64,000 nt of DNA from Candidatus Gottesmanbacteria bacterium (lineage in GTDB: Bacteria; Patescibacteriota; Microgenomatia; UBA10105; UBA927), in the NCBI GenBank assembly GCA_963711735.1, contig CAVQFA010000003.1, forward strand, positions 18,971-82,970, written 5' to 3'. This document shows positions 55,375-64,000 of the stretch, piece after piece (within the stretch, counting starts at the first letter, position 1; every line of letters begins with the position of its first letter). The notes beneath the pieces are model-generated. The model ran no database searches. It was not told the origin of the DNA and saw nothing but the letters and a program-made list of their open reading frames with translations. Made by a program: the position numbers and the translations under genes.

Positions 55375-56172
55375 TTATACCTCGTTGCGTGTGCCAATGG
55401 GTAACATAACGAGAAGTGGAGCTAATGCTGATACGATAAAATGCTGTGCTTTTTTAAAATCTGTGCCTTCCGGAACATTCCCGAGGGTTATGTCATGCGA
55501 ACAGTCAAGCGCACGGATGATCTGCTGAACAAAGAAGTACACGTCTTCATCCTGAGTGCCTACAATCGGAACCAGTTCATTGACAGTCAATGATGTTAGT
55601 ACTGCATACGTGACTCGCCCGACACCGACTTGCCGGAGGTGTATTGTTGATAATTGCGCTTTCTTTCCCCTTTCAACGATATCATCCAGAAGCACAATGT
55701 GTCGGGGCAATTGCTGATTCTCTCTTTGTAACAATTGCCTGAGCTTCTCATCTAAATCCGCACCAGCTTCCGTATCCCCGGTGTCTATTGCATGCTGATA
55801 CAGAATGGTGTTTTCCCTGTCTCTGAACCACAAAACCGGTATTTCGCCGATTGTGTGAAGAATGGATTCTTTATAGAGTGAATGGAACAATACTTCGCCA
55901 CTATATCCCGCTACGACAACACAATCAGGGTCCTTTTTGTTGATTATCTCACGAATGTGTTCTGCAGCCTGTTTAATCCTTGTATGTAAACCACGTTCTA
56001 ATCCTTTTTCGATAATCGATGTTCTGAATTGATACCTTTCTTCCAACGGATTTTGATAGGGACTTGTCGGATCGTACAGGAATTCTGACATCGACCGTCC
56101 CATCCTGTATTGAAGAGTTGAAGCAATTTCCTGCCGCGCATCATTAAGCTGTGCCCATTCATGAGGTAACAT
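55375..56172 (-). CDS. hypothetical protein with a degenerate phosphoribosyltransferase-like motif
   Basis: HIVLLDDIVERGKK resembles a type I PRTase PRPP loop; no confident family. Confidence 0.3.
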   Translation of the reverse strand: MLPHEWAQLNDARQEIASTLQYRMGRSMSEFLYDPTSPYQNPLEERYQFRTSIIEKGLERGLHTRIKQAAEHIREIINKKDPDCVVVAGYSGEVLFHSLYKESILHTIGEIPVLWFRDRENTILYQHAIDTGDTEAGADLDEKLRQLLQRENQQLPRHIVLLDDIVERGKKAQLSTIHLRQVGVGRVTYAVLTSLTVNELVPIVGTQDEDVYFFVQQIIRALDCSHDITLGNVPEGTDFKKAQHFIVSALAPLLVMLPIGTRNEV

Positions 56173-56188
56173 ATAATATTAAATGTTA

Positions 56189-57010
56189 TTAAGCAAACTT
56201 TTGTATCATACCTGTGCGACGGGCTGATCGCCAGCTGGACAGAAAAAACAGTATGGAAAGCAGTATATAGATTATATTCAAAATTGTCGCTTCCGCAACC
56301 CCCTGCCAATTGACAGCGCCTCCTGCCAAGACTCCCCGTAGTCCTTCAAACACATAGCTTGACGGGATAAACCGGGCAATAACCTGCATCCATCCCGGGA
56401 GAATTGATACGGGGTAAAATACGGCAGAAAACGGCTGGAGGATGACAACAAGAGACCAGACAAACGCCTGCACGCGGTTGCCGAACCGGAGAATCATACC
56501 CTGGATAAAAAATCCTGCCCACCATCCGACCAGAAGTAAATTGATTATAAACGGGATAATCCCCCACCCGATGGTAAATATGTTCAGGGAAAAAAAGAAA
56601 AATGCTATTGCCATGGCAAAAATGACGGATATGGCAAGCTTAATTCCGCCGATAATAAGTGATGCAATGGTAAATTCGGCAATGGAAACGGGTGACGTCA
56701 TGATGTTTACAAGATTCCTGTCCCAAATTTCCTTTAAGAAAGTAAACCCGAGTTCCTGCTGGGAACGGTACACGATCATCCAGAGGATGATGCCGGAGAG
56801 GACCATTGTCGTAACCGTTCCTCCCATACCCGCATCCCGCCTGATGTAAAGGGACATAAGTCCCCAGACAACAAGATCAAAAGTCGGCCACCACAATGTT
56901 TCGAGTAACCCTTCTATCTCGCGTGTCCACGTGATGGTATGCCGCCAAACGATGGCGTTGATTCTCCGTATACTATTCCTCATTGTGCGCCTCCTTAGGG
57001 AGCTTCCCAA
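56189..57010 (-). CDS. ABC-2 type transporter permease
   Basis: 273 aa with 6 TM helices; translationally coupled to the upstream ATPase. Confidence 0.75.
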   Translation of the reverse strand: MGSSLRRRTMRNSIRRINAIVWRHTITWTREIEGLLETLWWPTFDLVVWGLMSLYIRRDAGMGGTVTTMVLSGIILWMIVYRSQQELGFTFLKEIWDRNLVNIMTSPVSIAEFTIASLIIGGIKLAISVIFAMAIAFFFFSLNIFTIGWGIIPFIINLLLVGWWAGFFIQGMILRFGNRVQAFVWSLVVILQPFSAVFYPVSILPGWMQVIARFIPSSYVFEGLRGVLAGGAVNWQGVAEATILNIIYILLSILFFLSSWRSARRTGMIQKFA

Positions 57011-58001
57011 AATAACTTGAAGATTTATCTTGGGTTACGACCCCTTGTGCTGTATCTTTCTCTGAAGATTTTTTAAATGTATTCTGAGATACGGCTCTGA
57101 TAAAGAAATCCTCTAGAGTCGGTTTGGCTATGGCAATTTCACTGTAATCGACTCCTTTTTGAGCCAGACCGGACAATAGATTTGACACGTGCGATTCTTT
57201 CAACTCAATGATGACGAATCGGTTATCTGTGGTTATCGGATATTTGTGCTCTTTGCAGTACGCAAGCGTTCGTTTTTGACCGTCGCGCATATAGAGGGTC
57301 ACGCGGGTCGTATCTATAGTCCGTGCGAGCTCCTCAGGCGTGCCCTCACGGACAATCCGCCCGGAGTTTATAAATATGACACGGTCAGCAAGCTCTTCTA
57401 TCTCTGCCATGTTGTGAGAAGTTATGAGGATCGACGTTTTATACTTTTTTTGCTCGGTTTTGAGGTATGACCGGACAATACGTGCACTGTCAGGATCAAG
57501 CGAGCTCGTCGGTTCATCGAGAACGACAAGTTCCGGATAGTTTATGAAGGCTTTGGCAAGATTGAGTCTCGCCATATTGCCGGATGATAAATCGCCGCAG
57601 TACGTTTTTGCTTGCTGGCTCATATGGAACGCATCCGTCAGCTTTTTTATCCGGGATTTTGCATGAGGTACGCCGTAAATTTTGGCAAATACCATGAGAT
57701 GTTCGGCAACGGTGAGCCTCCATGGTGCTCTCGTGTAAGCGGAGGAAAAGTTCATGCGCTCAAGGATTTCGGACCGGTGCGCGTTAAACGGCAATCCGAA
57801 AACCGTAATTGACCCTGCAGTGGGCTCAAGAATCCCTAGAATCATGGAGATCGTGGTCGTTTTCCCTGCTCCGTTGGGTCCGAGGAGTCCGACAATCTCT
57901 CCCTTCCCGACGGAGAAAGAAATGTTGTCCACGGCTGCCTTCCGGTTCTTTTTCCCAAGAAACCGTTTTGTGAGATTGGAAATTTTCAAAACTGTATCCA
58001 T
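56973..58001 (-). CDS. ABC transporter ATP-binding protein
   Basis: Walker A GPNGAGKTT, signature LSSGNMARL, Walker B LVVLDEPTSSLD; C-terminal low-complexity tail. Confidence 0.85.
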   Translation of the reverse strand: MDTVLKISNLTKRFLGKKNRKAAVDNISFSVGKGEIVGLLGPNGAGKTTTISMILGILEPTAGSITVFGLPFNAHRSEILERMNFSSAYTRAPWRLTVAEHLMVFAKIYGVPHAKSRIKKLTDAFHMSQQAKTYCGDLSSGNMARLNLAKAFINYPELVVLDEPTSSLDPDSARIVRSYLKTEQKKYKTSILITSHNMAEIEELADRVIFINSGRIVREGTPEELARTIDTTRVTLYMRDGQKRTLAYCKEHKYPITTDNRFVIIELKESHVSNLLSGLAQKGVDYSEIAIAKPTLEDFFIRAVSQNTFKKSSEKDTAQGVVTQDKSSSYFGKLPKEAHNEE

Positions 58002-58118
58002 ACATTTATAACCACCTGCCTGTAATAAGTTAACATAACTATACGTTATACGGGTGGCATATAAGATGGATTATATATCAAATTGTCGCGTTGGCACGAG
58101 AAATGATATAATAAGCGC

Positions 58119-58319
58119 ATGCTACCAGAAAACGACGAAACGCAAGAGTTTGCCGATGCTAAACGATTAATTAATGCAGGTGTTAATAACGACGATGAGG
58201 AAACGGTTGTTGCCGGAACACAAAGATTAGTCAGACTGGCAAAAAAAACAAAGTTAGACATAACAAATCCTGTAGTAGCCCAAATTTCTGGTCTTGATAA
58301 GCTTAAACCCGGAAAATAG
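58119..58319 (+). CDS. hypothetical small protein
   Basis: 66-aa acidic ORF upstream of the plus-strand kinase paralog. Confidence 0.3.
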   Translation: MLPENDETQEFADAKRLINAGVNNDDEETVVAGTQRLVRLAKKTKLDITNPVVAQISGLDKLKPGK

Positions 58320-58347
58320 ATATTCAAACCTGCCTCAATAAATTACC

Positions 58348-59079
58348 ATGCCTCGATTCGAATTTGAAAACCGAACATCTATCAATCCTATCGAAATATA
58401 CAGTTTAGGCGGAAGTACATTTTTCCCGGAGAGAGTTAAAGGTTTGAATGATCAATTTTTCGTACCTTTGTATTTTTTCGTACAAGAACGTTTAAACGAT
58501 GACGAGGTTATTGTAGCATTCATAGGCGGAGGTAAATACGCCAGAGACCGCCAGAACGCTGTAAAAAGGATTTCGGCCATTCTTAAGGCAAACATATCTG
58601 AGAGATCCATCGACAAGTATGGTATTCGTGTAACACGGTCTAATGCGTGGTATATCCTGGATCTATTCCGCGATTTAAATATCCCGGCAGTAAAGTATAG
58701 AGGGCAAAATATTCAACCGGGTAAATTATATCTCGGTGCTGGCGATATACCGGGTCATACCACAGACTATCGTACTATAGATACAGCATCAAAACTTGGG
58801 GTATCGTATGTTATTAATATAAGCAATACTCCCGGATTATATCCATTTAATTCTGACGGATCATTCGATAGAAAACGGATTATCCAGGAAATGTCATTCG
58901 ACGATCTTATTCCGCATCTAAAAGATCACACACCCGGACTCAACCAACCGATTGATAAACCCGCTGCGATTCTTGCGCGTAATAATGGGATTACCTATAT
59001 CACATTAGGTTCGGATATTGATAACCTGCGTACCTTCATACGTGGAGAGGAATTCGTAGGCACAATCATCCGCCCATAA
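58348..59079 (+). CDS. amino-acid-kinase-family protein, second UMP-kinase-like paralog
   Basis: LGGS...GGGKYARDRQ motifs; ends ...FVGTIIRP, parallel to 53672..54409. Confidence 0.5.
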   Translation: MPRFEFENRTSINPIEIYSLGGSTFFPERVKGLNDQFFVPLYFFVQERLNDDEVIVAFIGGGKYARDRQNAVKRISAILKANISERSIDKYGIRVTRSNAWYILDLFRDLNIPAVKYRGQNIQPGKLYLGAGDIPGHTTDYRTIDTASKLGVSYVINISNTPGLYPFNSDGSFDRKRIIQEMSFDDLIPHLKDHTPGLNQPIDKPAAILARNNGITYITLGSDIDNLRTFIRGEEFVGTIIRP

Positions 59080-59089
59080 ATATATAGAA

Positions 59090-60277
59090 CTACTTCCCGG
59101 CGGCTTTTTGCGTATCCTCTATAAACCGTACAATTTCTATCTTAAATCTTTTCGTGCTGAATTTTTCCGCCTGTTTAATTGAGTTTTTTCTCATTTCTGA
59201 AATCCACGCGGCACTTCCCTTCTCAATTTTCCGAAGAGCAATTTTCAGATATTCCGCTTCAGGTTTCTCAAAAAGAATTCCGGTTTTTTCCGGAATAACT
59301 GTTTCCTTCACTCCTCCCTGCGCAAGGGCAATAACCGGCGTGCCGTGCGCCATCGCCTCAACAGGAACCATACCGAAATCCTCATCCAATGCTGAAAATA
59401 TAAGTGCCTTGGCTCCGGTATACAGTTTACCTAGCTCGTTGTCCGAAACGCTTCCGCAAAATTCTATAGTCGGACCGGCAATCGATCGCAGATATTCTTC
59501 TTCTTTTCCGACTCCGACAATTTTGAGTGGTAATGTAAGTTCATTGCATGCCTGAATCGCTAAATCTACCCGCTTCGCCCACGCCAACCTCCCGACAGAC
59601 AGGTAATAGTTTTTATTTTTTATTCGTAAATCGTCCATCGTCAATCGTAAATCGTGAGTTTCAATTGGAGGATATATTACGGTACTTGTACGTCTATAAA
59701 ACTTAACAACCCTCCGTGCTGTCTCTTTGGAATTGGCGATGAAGAAATCTACTGCCTGTGCTGTTTTAAAGTCGTATTGCCGCAGGAAAAAGTTGACGAT
59801 GGATGCATAGAACCGGACGAGTGCGTATTTCTGCAGATCGCTTCCCGTTGCATATCCATACAAGTTCCTTGGCGGATGGTGAATGTAACAAATATGGAGC
59901 GGTACTTTATTTTTTGATGATTGGGAAATGCGAGTGGCAGGACCCAAATCCTTATGGTTCTGCAATGCTACTCCCCTGCACATAAACCATCCGCTTGAGG
60001 AAAGCACTATATCGTAACCGGAAAGATCGAAGCTTGACCATATTCTGGGAGCGAGAAACCTAAGTGGTGAAATAAATTTTTTAACAATCCAATTTCCCTG
60101 TACCCAGCTCGTCCGTATATCCCAATTTCTGAAACGATCAGCATGTTTCCCAAGCGCCTTCCAATCGACGAATGATGTATAAAGCGGTGCTTCGGGATAC
60201 AGTTCATGAAACACCTCCACGACCCTTTCCGCACCCCCGTACTCTCGTAAATAATCGTGTACCAAAGCAATCTTCAT
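59090..60277 (-). CDS. glycosyltransferase family 4
   Basis: EDFGMVPVEAMAHGTPVIA (EX7E-like); 395 aa. Confidence 0.8.
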   Translation of the reverse strand: MKIALVHDYLREYGGAERVVEVFHELYPEAPLYTSFVDWKALGKHADRFRNWDIRTSWVQGNWIVKKFISPLRFLAPRIWSSFDLSGYDIVLSSSGWFMCRGVALQNHKDLGPATRISQSSKNKVPLHICYIHHPPRNLYGYATGSDLQKYALVRFYASIVNFFLRQYDFKTAQAVDFFIANSKETARRVVKFYRRTSTVIYPPIETHDLRLTMDDLRIKNKNYYLSVGRLAWAKRVDLAIQACNELTLPLKIVGVGKEEEYLRSIAGPTIEFCGSVSDNELGKLYTGAKALIFSALDEDFGMVPVEAMAHGTPVIALAQGGVKETVIPEKTGILFEKPEAEYLKIALRKIEKGSAAWISEMRKNSIKQAEKFSTKRFKIEIVRFIEDTQKAAGK

Positions 60278-60588
60278 ATACTTTCTATTTTATCTTTGTT
60301 ATCCGGAGGAAAAATATCCTGAATTTCCCCCCATTGGGGACGCCCTTCACCAATCATATCAAGTCCTTCATCTATAGCTTTCATTCCCCAGCGCCGGACC
60401 TGTTCCCTCACGTAAGACTCATTGAAATGCAGTCTTTCCATAAGTCCGTCCGGTGGAGTTTTGTTATTTGCTTTATAGAATCCTAAAGTATTTTTGTCTA
60501 CGACGATTACAAAAACTGTTTGTGCTACTTCATCCGGATTAAACACATCATAATCATTTGGTCCGTATTCTCCTAATGGCTCTTTCAT
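60274..60588 (-). CDS. hypothetical protein
   Basis: 104-aa ORF whose stop overlaps the GT4 start (ATGA). Confidence 0.4.
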   Translation of the reverse strand: MKEPLGEYGPNDYDVFNPDEVAQTVFVIVVDKNTLGFYKANNKTPPDGLMERLHFNESYVREQVRRWGMKAIDEGLDMIGEGRPQWGEIQDIFPPDNKDKIESI

Positions 60589-60649
60589 ATATGTTCAATA
60601 CGGCAGGTCATAATGCATATCTCATTACCGTTTGGTAAAAAAACAAACG

Positions 60650-61617
60650 TCAAAACAGACTTTCCTGCTTCCCTCGCTGATTGTCATCTTTCGTTTTCTT
60701 TTTATCCTTCTTTTCAACTTTTCCCTCTCCCGTCAGTCTTTTCAGTAACGTTTTAAATCCGATCGTTTCAAAAAACCTCCGGGCATCGGGTGTATCAAAG
60801 GTTTGGAATGGTTCCAGTTGAATATCTATCGGCACATCGGTTCTGATTGTCGCAAGGTCATGCGAGAGAATGGCGCTTTCCTTACCGGCGCGCAGCTTCT
60901 CAATCAGAGACTCCGATGCTTCTATCTTTTTCCCGTTTTCCAGCCTCCGGTACAGTTCCCGTACGTCATCTGTCTGCTCAATGAGTGACACTGCCGTTTT
61001 CGGTCCGACGCCCTCCACCCCCGGATAATTATCCGAGCTGTCCCCTGCGAGCGCCTTGAAATCGGGTATCTGTTTTGGTGTGACACCCATCCGAACTTTT
61101 ACCTCTTTCTCACCGTAAAGCATTGCTTCCGATAATCCTTTTGTAGGCATGTACACGAACACTTTATCATCTTTCACCAGCTGTAAAATGTCCCTGTCCC
61201 CGGTTACAACTATTGCCTGATCAATCTTTTCACTCGCAACCGACAACTTATAACCTCAACTTTTCGGCACAAGGTTCCGATCACATCGTCAGCTTCATAC
61301 CCGTCCATTTCAAAAATGGGAATCCCGAATGCGCGGAGCATTTCGTGAACTTTTTCTATCTGCGGTACGAGGGTATCGTCCATTTTCGGACGTGTTGCCT
61401 GATATTCCGCAAACATCTCCTTGCGGAATGTGGGTTTCGGCCGGTCAAAGGCAACGGCAATATGCGACGGTTTGAGGTCGTTTCCGATCCGGAAAAGCAT
61501 TGTCGCAAATCCGTATACGGCATTGACGATATTACCTTCAGTATCGGTAAGAGGTGGAAGCGCGTGGAACGCCCGGTGGAGTATTGCGTTACCGTCTATG
61601 ATAACGAGGCGGTTCAT
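60650..61617 (-). pseudogene. 5'-3' exonuclease (Pol I N-terminal/FEN-like) with one frameshift near 61210-61246 and a Lys-rich C-terminal tail
   Basis: N-terminal LVIIDGNAILHRAF...EADDVIG (61210..61617); H3TH region VTGDRDILQL...GVGPKTA (60650..61246). Confidence 0.8.
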
Positions 61618-61622
61618 GGAGT

Positions 61623-63605
61623 TTATGATTTCGTATTTTCCTTACTTTTTACTCCCTGTTTTGCCGTATGATGGGTTTGCTCTGTTCCTGCTTTCATCAG
61701 TTGTTCAAATTCCTCGTTTTCGATTGTTTCTTTCCGGACTAGCTCAGCGGCAATTGAGTCCAGCTTATTTTTATGTTTTTTCAGTATTTCCTGTGCTTTC
61801 TTATATCCCGTATCCAGAAATTTCTTTACCTCTCTGTCTATTGCTCCCATCATCTCCGGAGATATCTGGTTTTGCTCAAAGTAGGACTTGCCCCATTCCG
61901 TCATATCCATCTGCGGACCGAAGTTGATGGGCCCGAGATCGCTCATTCCGAACTCCATCACCATGTAGCGGGCAATCCGCGTGGCCTGATCAATGTCGCT
62001 TGATGCTCCTGATGTCATTTCATTAAATATAAGCTCCTCTGCAGCCCGTCCTCCCATCATGGTAGCAATCTGCTCAACGAGATGGGATTTCGTTTCGTGA
62101 AGCCTGTCTTTCTCAGGAGGAGTGAGGGTATAACCAAGGGCCATACCGCGCGATACGATAGATATTCTGTGTACCGTATCCATGTTGGGACAGTAATAGG
62201 TAACGACGGCGTGTCCTGCTTCGTGGTATGCGGTCATTTTCCGGTCCATATCCGTTTGGAGTCTCTTTTTCTCCGGTCCGAGTTTCACTTTCGTTGCCGC
62301 TTCCTCTATGTCTTTCATCTCTATTTCTTTATGTGCTTCGCGTGCGGCGAGGATTGCTGCTTCGTTGAGCATATTTTCAAGGTCTGCGCCGGAAAACCCG
62401 ACTGTCCGCTTGGAAGCTTTGTCCCAATCCATATTGGATGCAAAAGGCTTCCCTTTGGCATGAATGGCAAGAATTGCTTTCCGTCCTTCCATATCAGGAA
62501 GATCGAGAACCACTCGGCGGTCAAACCGTCCGGGCCGCAAAAGTGCGCTGTCCAGTAAATCCCCGCGGTTTGTCGCAGCTATTACCATCACGGCAGTATT
62601 GGGTTCAAATCCGTCCATCTCAACAAGAATCTGGTTAAGTGTCTGTTCCCTCTCGTCATGTCCGCCCATAATCCCGACTGAACGCATCCTTCCGATTGCG
62701 TCAATTTCATCGATGAATATGATGGAGGGGGCGCTTTTTTTCGCCTGGGCAAATAGATCACGAACGCGGGCAGCACCTACTCCTACGAGCATTTCCATAA
62801 ACTCCGATCCGGCAATCGAGAAAAACGGTACCTTTGCCTCGCCGGCAACTGCTTTAGCCAGAAGTGTTTTTCCTGTTCCGGACGGACCCACAAGGATGAC
62901 TCCTTTTGGGGTACGTGCACCGAGTGCTTTATATTTTGTGGGATTTTTCAGGAAATCAACGACCTCTTCCAGCTCTTTTTTAGCCTCATCGACTCCTGCC
63001 ACATCGGCAAATGTCGACTTCGGAAGATCTTTGTTCCAGATGCGTGCACCGGACTTACCGAACGAAAATATATTATCCTGCGCTCCCCGCGCCTGCCGGA
63101 AAATAAAAAGGAAGAATGCAACGGTCAGGACTAGTGGTAAAACGTTGGAGAGAAGGTTGAGCCATACCTGTCCCATACTTGTATCTTTGACCTGTATTTC
63201 CACGCCTTTCGTGGTTACACCTTCAGATTCCAGTGTCTTGATCAGGGATTCCTGCGGTTCTTTACGTGCCGTATACTTTCCGCCGGTTTTTGTTGTAATA
63301 GTAAGCTTGTTCTCTTCTACCTCTACTTTCTGCACTTTTCCGGCTTTCATATCGGAAATGACGCTTGAAAGCGGTTGTTCAGTGAGGGATGTATTCTGGC
63401 TTCCGATGCTTCCGATGAGGGAGAAAACAAAAAAGAGGATAAAAAGTCCGATGACGATGTTTTTGAGGTTAAACTCGAAGCGCATCTCAAACATCTTCCC
63501 GCCCTTTTTCCCGTGTCCGTTTTTCCTGGATTTCAGTAAGGATTTATCTGCCATAGATCGAATACTGAGTATACCACGAAAAGGATCGTTTTTATAGCTA
63601 ATCAT
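61623..63605 (-). CDS. ftsH: ATP-dependent zinc metalloprotease FtsH (the true start is probably an internal Met)
   Basis: two TM helices, AAA Walker [17 protein letters not shown] motif, zinc-binding HEAGHA. Confidence 0.9.
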   Translation of the reverse strand: MISYKNDPFRGILSIRSMADKSLLKSRKNGHGKKGGKMFEMRFEFNLKNIVIGLFILFFVFSLIGSIGSQNTSLTEQPLSSVISDMKAGKVQKVEVEENKLTITTKTGGKYTARKEPQESLIKTLESEGVTTKGVEIQVKDTSMGQVWLNLLSNVLPLVLTVAFFLFIFRQARGAQDNIFSFGKSGARIWNKDLPKSTFADVAGVDEAKKELEEVVDFLKNPTKYKALGARTPKGVILVGPSGTGKTLLAKAVAGEAKVPFFSIAGSEFMEMLVGVGAARVRDLFAQAKKSAPSIIFIDEIDAIGRMRSVGIMGGHDEREQTLNQILVEMDGFEPNTAVMVIAATNRGDLLDSALLRPGRFDRRVVLDLPDMEGRKAILAIHAKGKPFASNMDWDKASKRTVGFSGADLENMLNEAAILAAREAHKEIEMKDIEEAATKVKLGPEKKRLQTDMDRKMTAYHEAGHAVVTYYCPNMDTVHRISIVSRGMALGYTLTPPEKDRLHETKSHLVEQIATMMGGRAAEELIFNEMTSGASSDIDQATRIARYMVMEFGMSDLGPINFGPQMDMTEWGKSYFEQNQISPEMMGAIDREVKKFLDTGYKKAQEILKKHKNKLDSIAAELVRKETIENEEFEQLMKAGTEQTHHTAKQGVKSKENTKS

Positions 63606-63824
63606 CTAAAATCGATAGATGATAGACAGAATGTGACAGTAAAGGTATAAAAAGGTGAGAAAAATCATTTTTGAAGACAACTTGCGCGTTTGTCATATAT
63701 TTTAAGAGCTAGCCTGGAATATACAAACGCGCATTTAGTGAAGAATGGGCATTATCTTCACAATCGAAAAAACATGGCTGAACGGGTCTGAAAAAATAAT
63801 TTTCTCACTTTTGTTAAAATATAT

Positions 63825-64000
63825 CTATCTCACCTTCGCTCCAACAGGCATTCCTTCTGCAGGAACGAAAAGTGGTTTGTCGTCCGGACCATCTACAGCC
63901 AATATCATCCCCTGCGACTCTCCCCCCGGCATTTTGCGGTATGCGAGGTTCGTGATAAACAGAAATTGCTTCTCCCGGAAATCTTCCGGTGTATACCCAT
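63825..64000 (-). CDS. C-terminal end of a tRNA-binding-domain protein (MetRS/PheT/CsaA-type domain), partial
   Basis: hand translation gives ...GESQGMILAVDGPDDKPLFVPAEGMPVGAKVR* with TAG at 63825-63827; the gene start lies beyond the window. Confidence 0.45.
   Translation of the reverse strand, partial: GYTPEDFREKQFLFITNLAYRKMPGGESQGMILAVDGPDDKPLFVPAEGMPVGAKVR

Overview
This 64-kb window is gene-dense and most genes lie on the minus strand. The lineage looks small-genome and possibly Patescibacteria/CPR-like; that is inference only, based on YYY-domain membrane proteins, many GT-C membrane glycosyltransferases, a VKOR-DsbA fusion, an EndoQ-like PHP protein, an ATP-dependent ligase, an rRNA locus without a 16S gene and an intron-bearing 23S. 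Recognisable housekeeping genes are rho, radA followed by a yacL-like PIN/TRAM gene, rpsA, recF, prs, pth, ftsH, murE and murD, trxB and trxA, a 5'-3' exonuclease, an ATP-dependent DNA ligase, glutamate dehydrogenase and two paralogous UMP-kinase-like amino-acid kinases. RNA genes are two tRNA-Ala (CGC and GGC) on the plus strand near 1 kb, and a minus-strand tRNA-Ala(UGC)-23S-5S locus at 22.7-26.8 kb that has no 16S; the 23S carries a 282-nt group I intron in domain V. At 4.3-17.8 kb there is a large cell-envelope glycosylation locus: a YYY/DUF2298 protein, four GT-C-type membrane transferases, a GT4 enzyme, a HAD phosphatase, a UbiA-family polyprenyl-phosphate phosphoribosyltransferase with a DPPR-synthase motif, and a divergent FAD oxidoreductase. 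At 33.3-38.5 kb there is a copper and disulfide island: CopZ-like protein, a membrane protein with a cupredoxin-like C-terminus, CopA, CsoR and VKOR-DsbA. A 1.3-kb gene-poor island at 17.8-19.1 kb holds a promoter-to-terminator small-RNA candidate, a leaderless 58-aa ORF with CTATAG palindromes, repeated 19-bp boxes and one DnaA box. At least 11 genes (about 17 frame changes) are split by +/-1 frame shifts, several at short homopolymers, and the split genes include essential ones such as trxB and murD. Indel-type assembly error is therefore the most economical explanation, with genuine pseudogenisation or phase variation as the alternative. A short CGTAAATCG motif recurs in small arrays at six or more sites.
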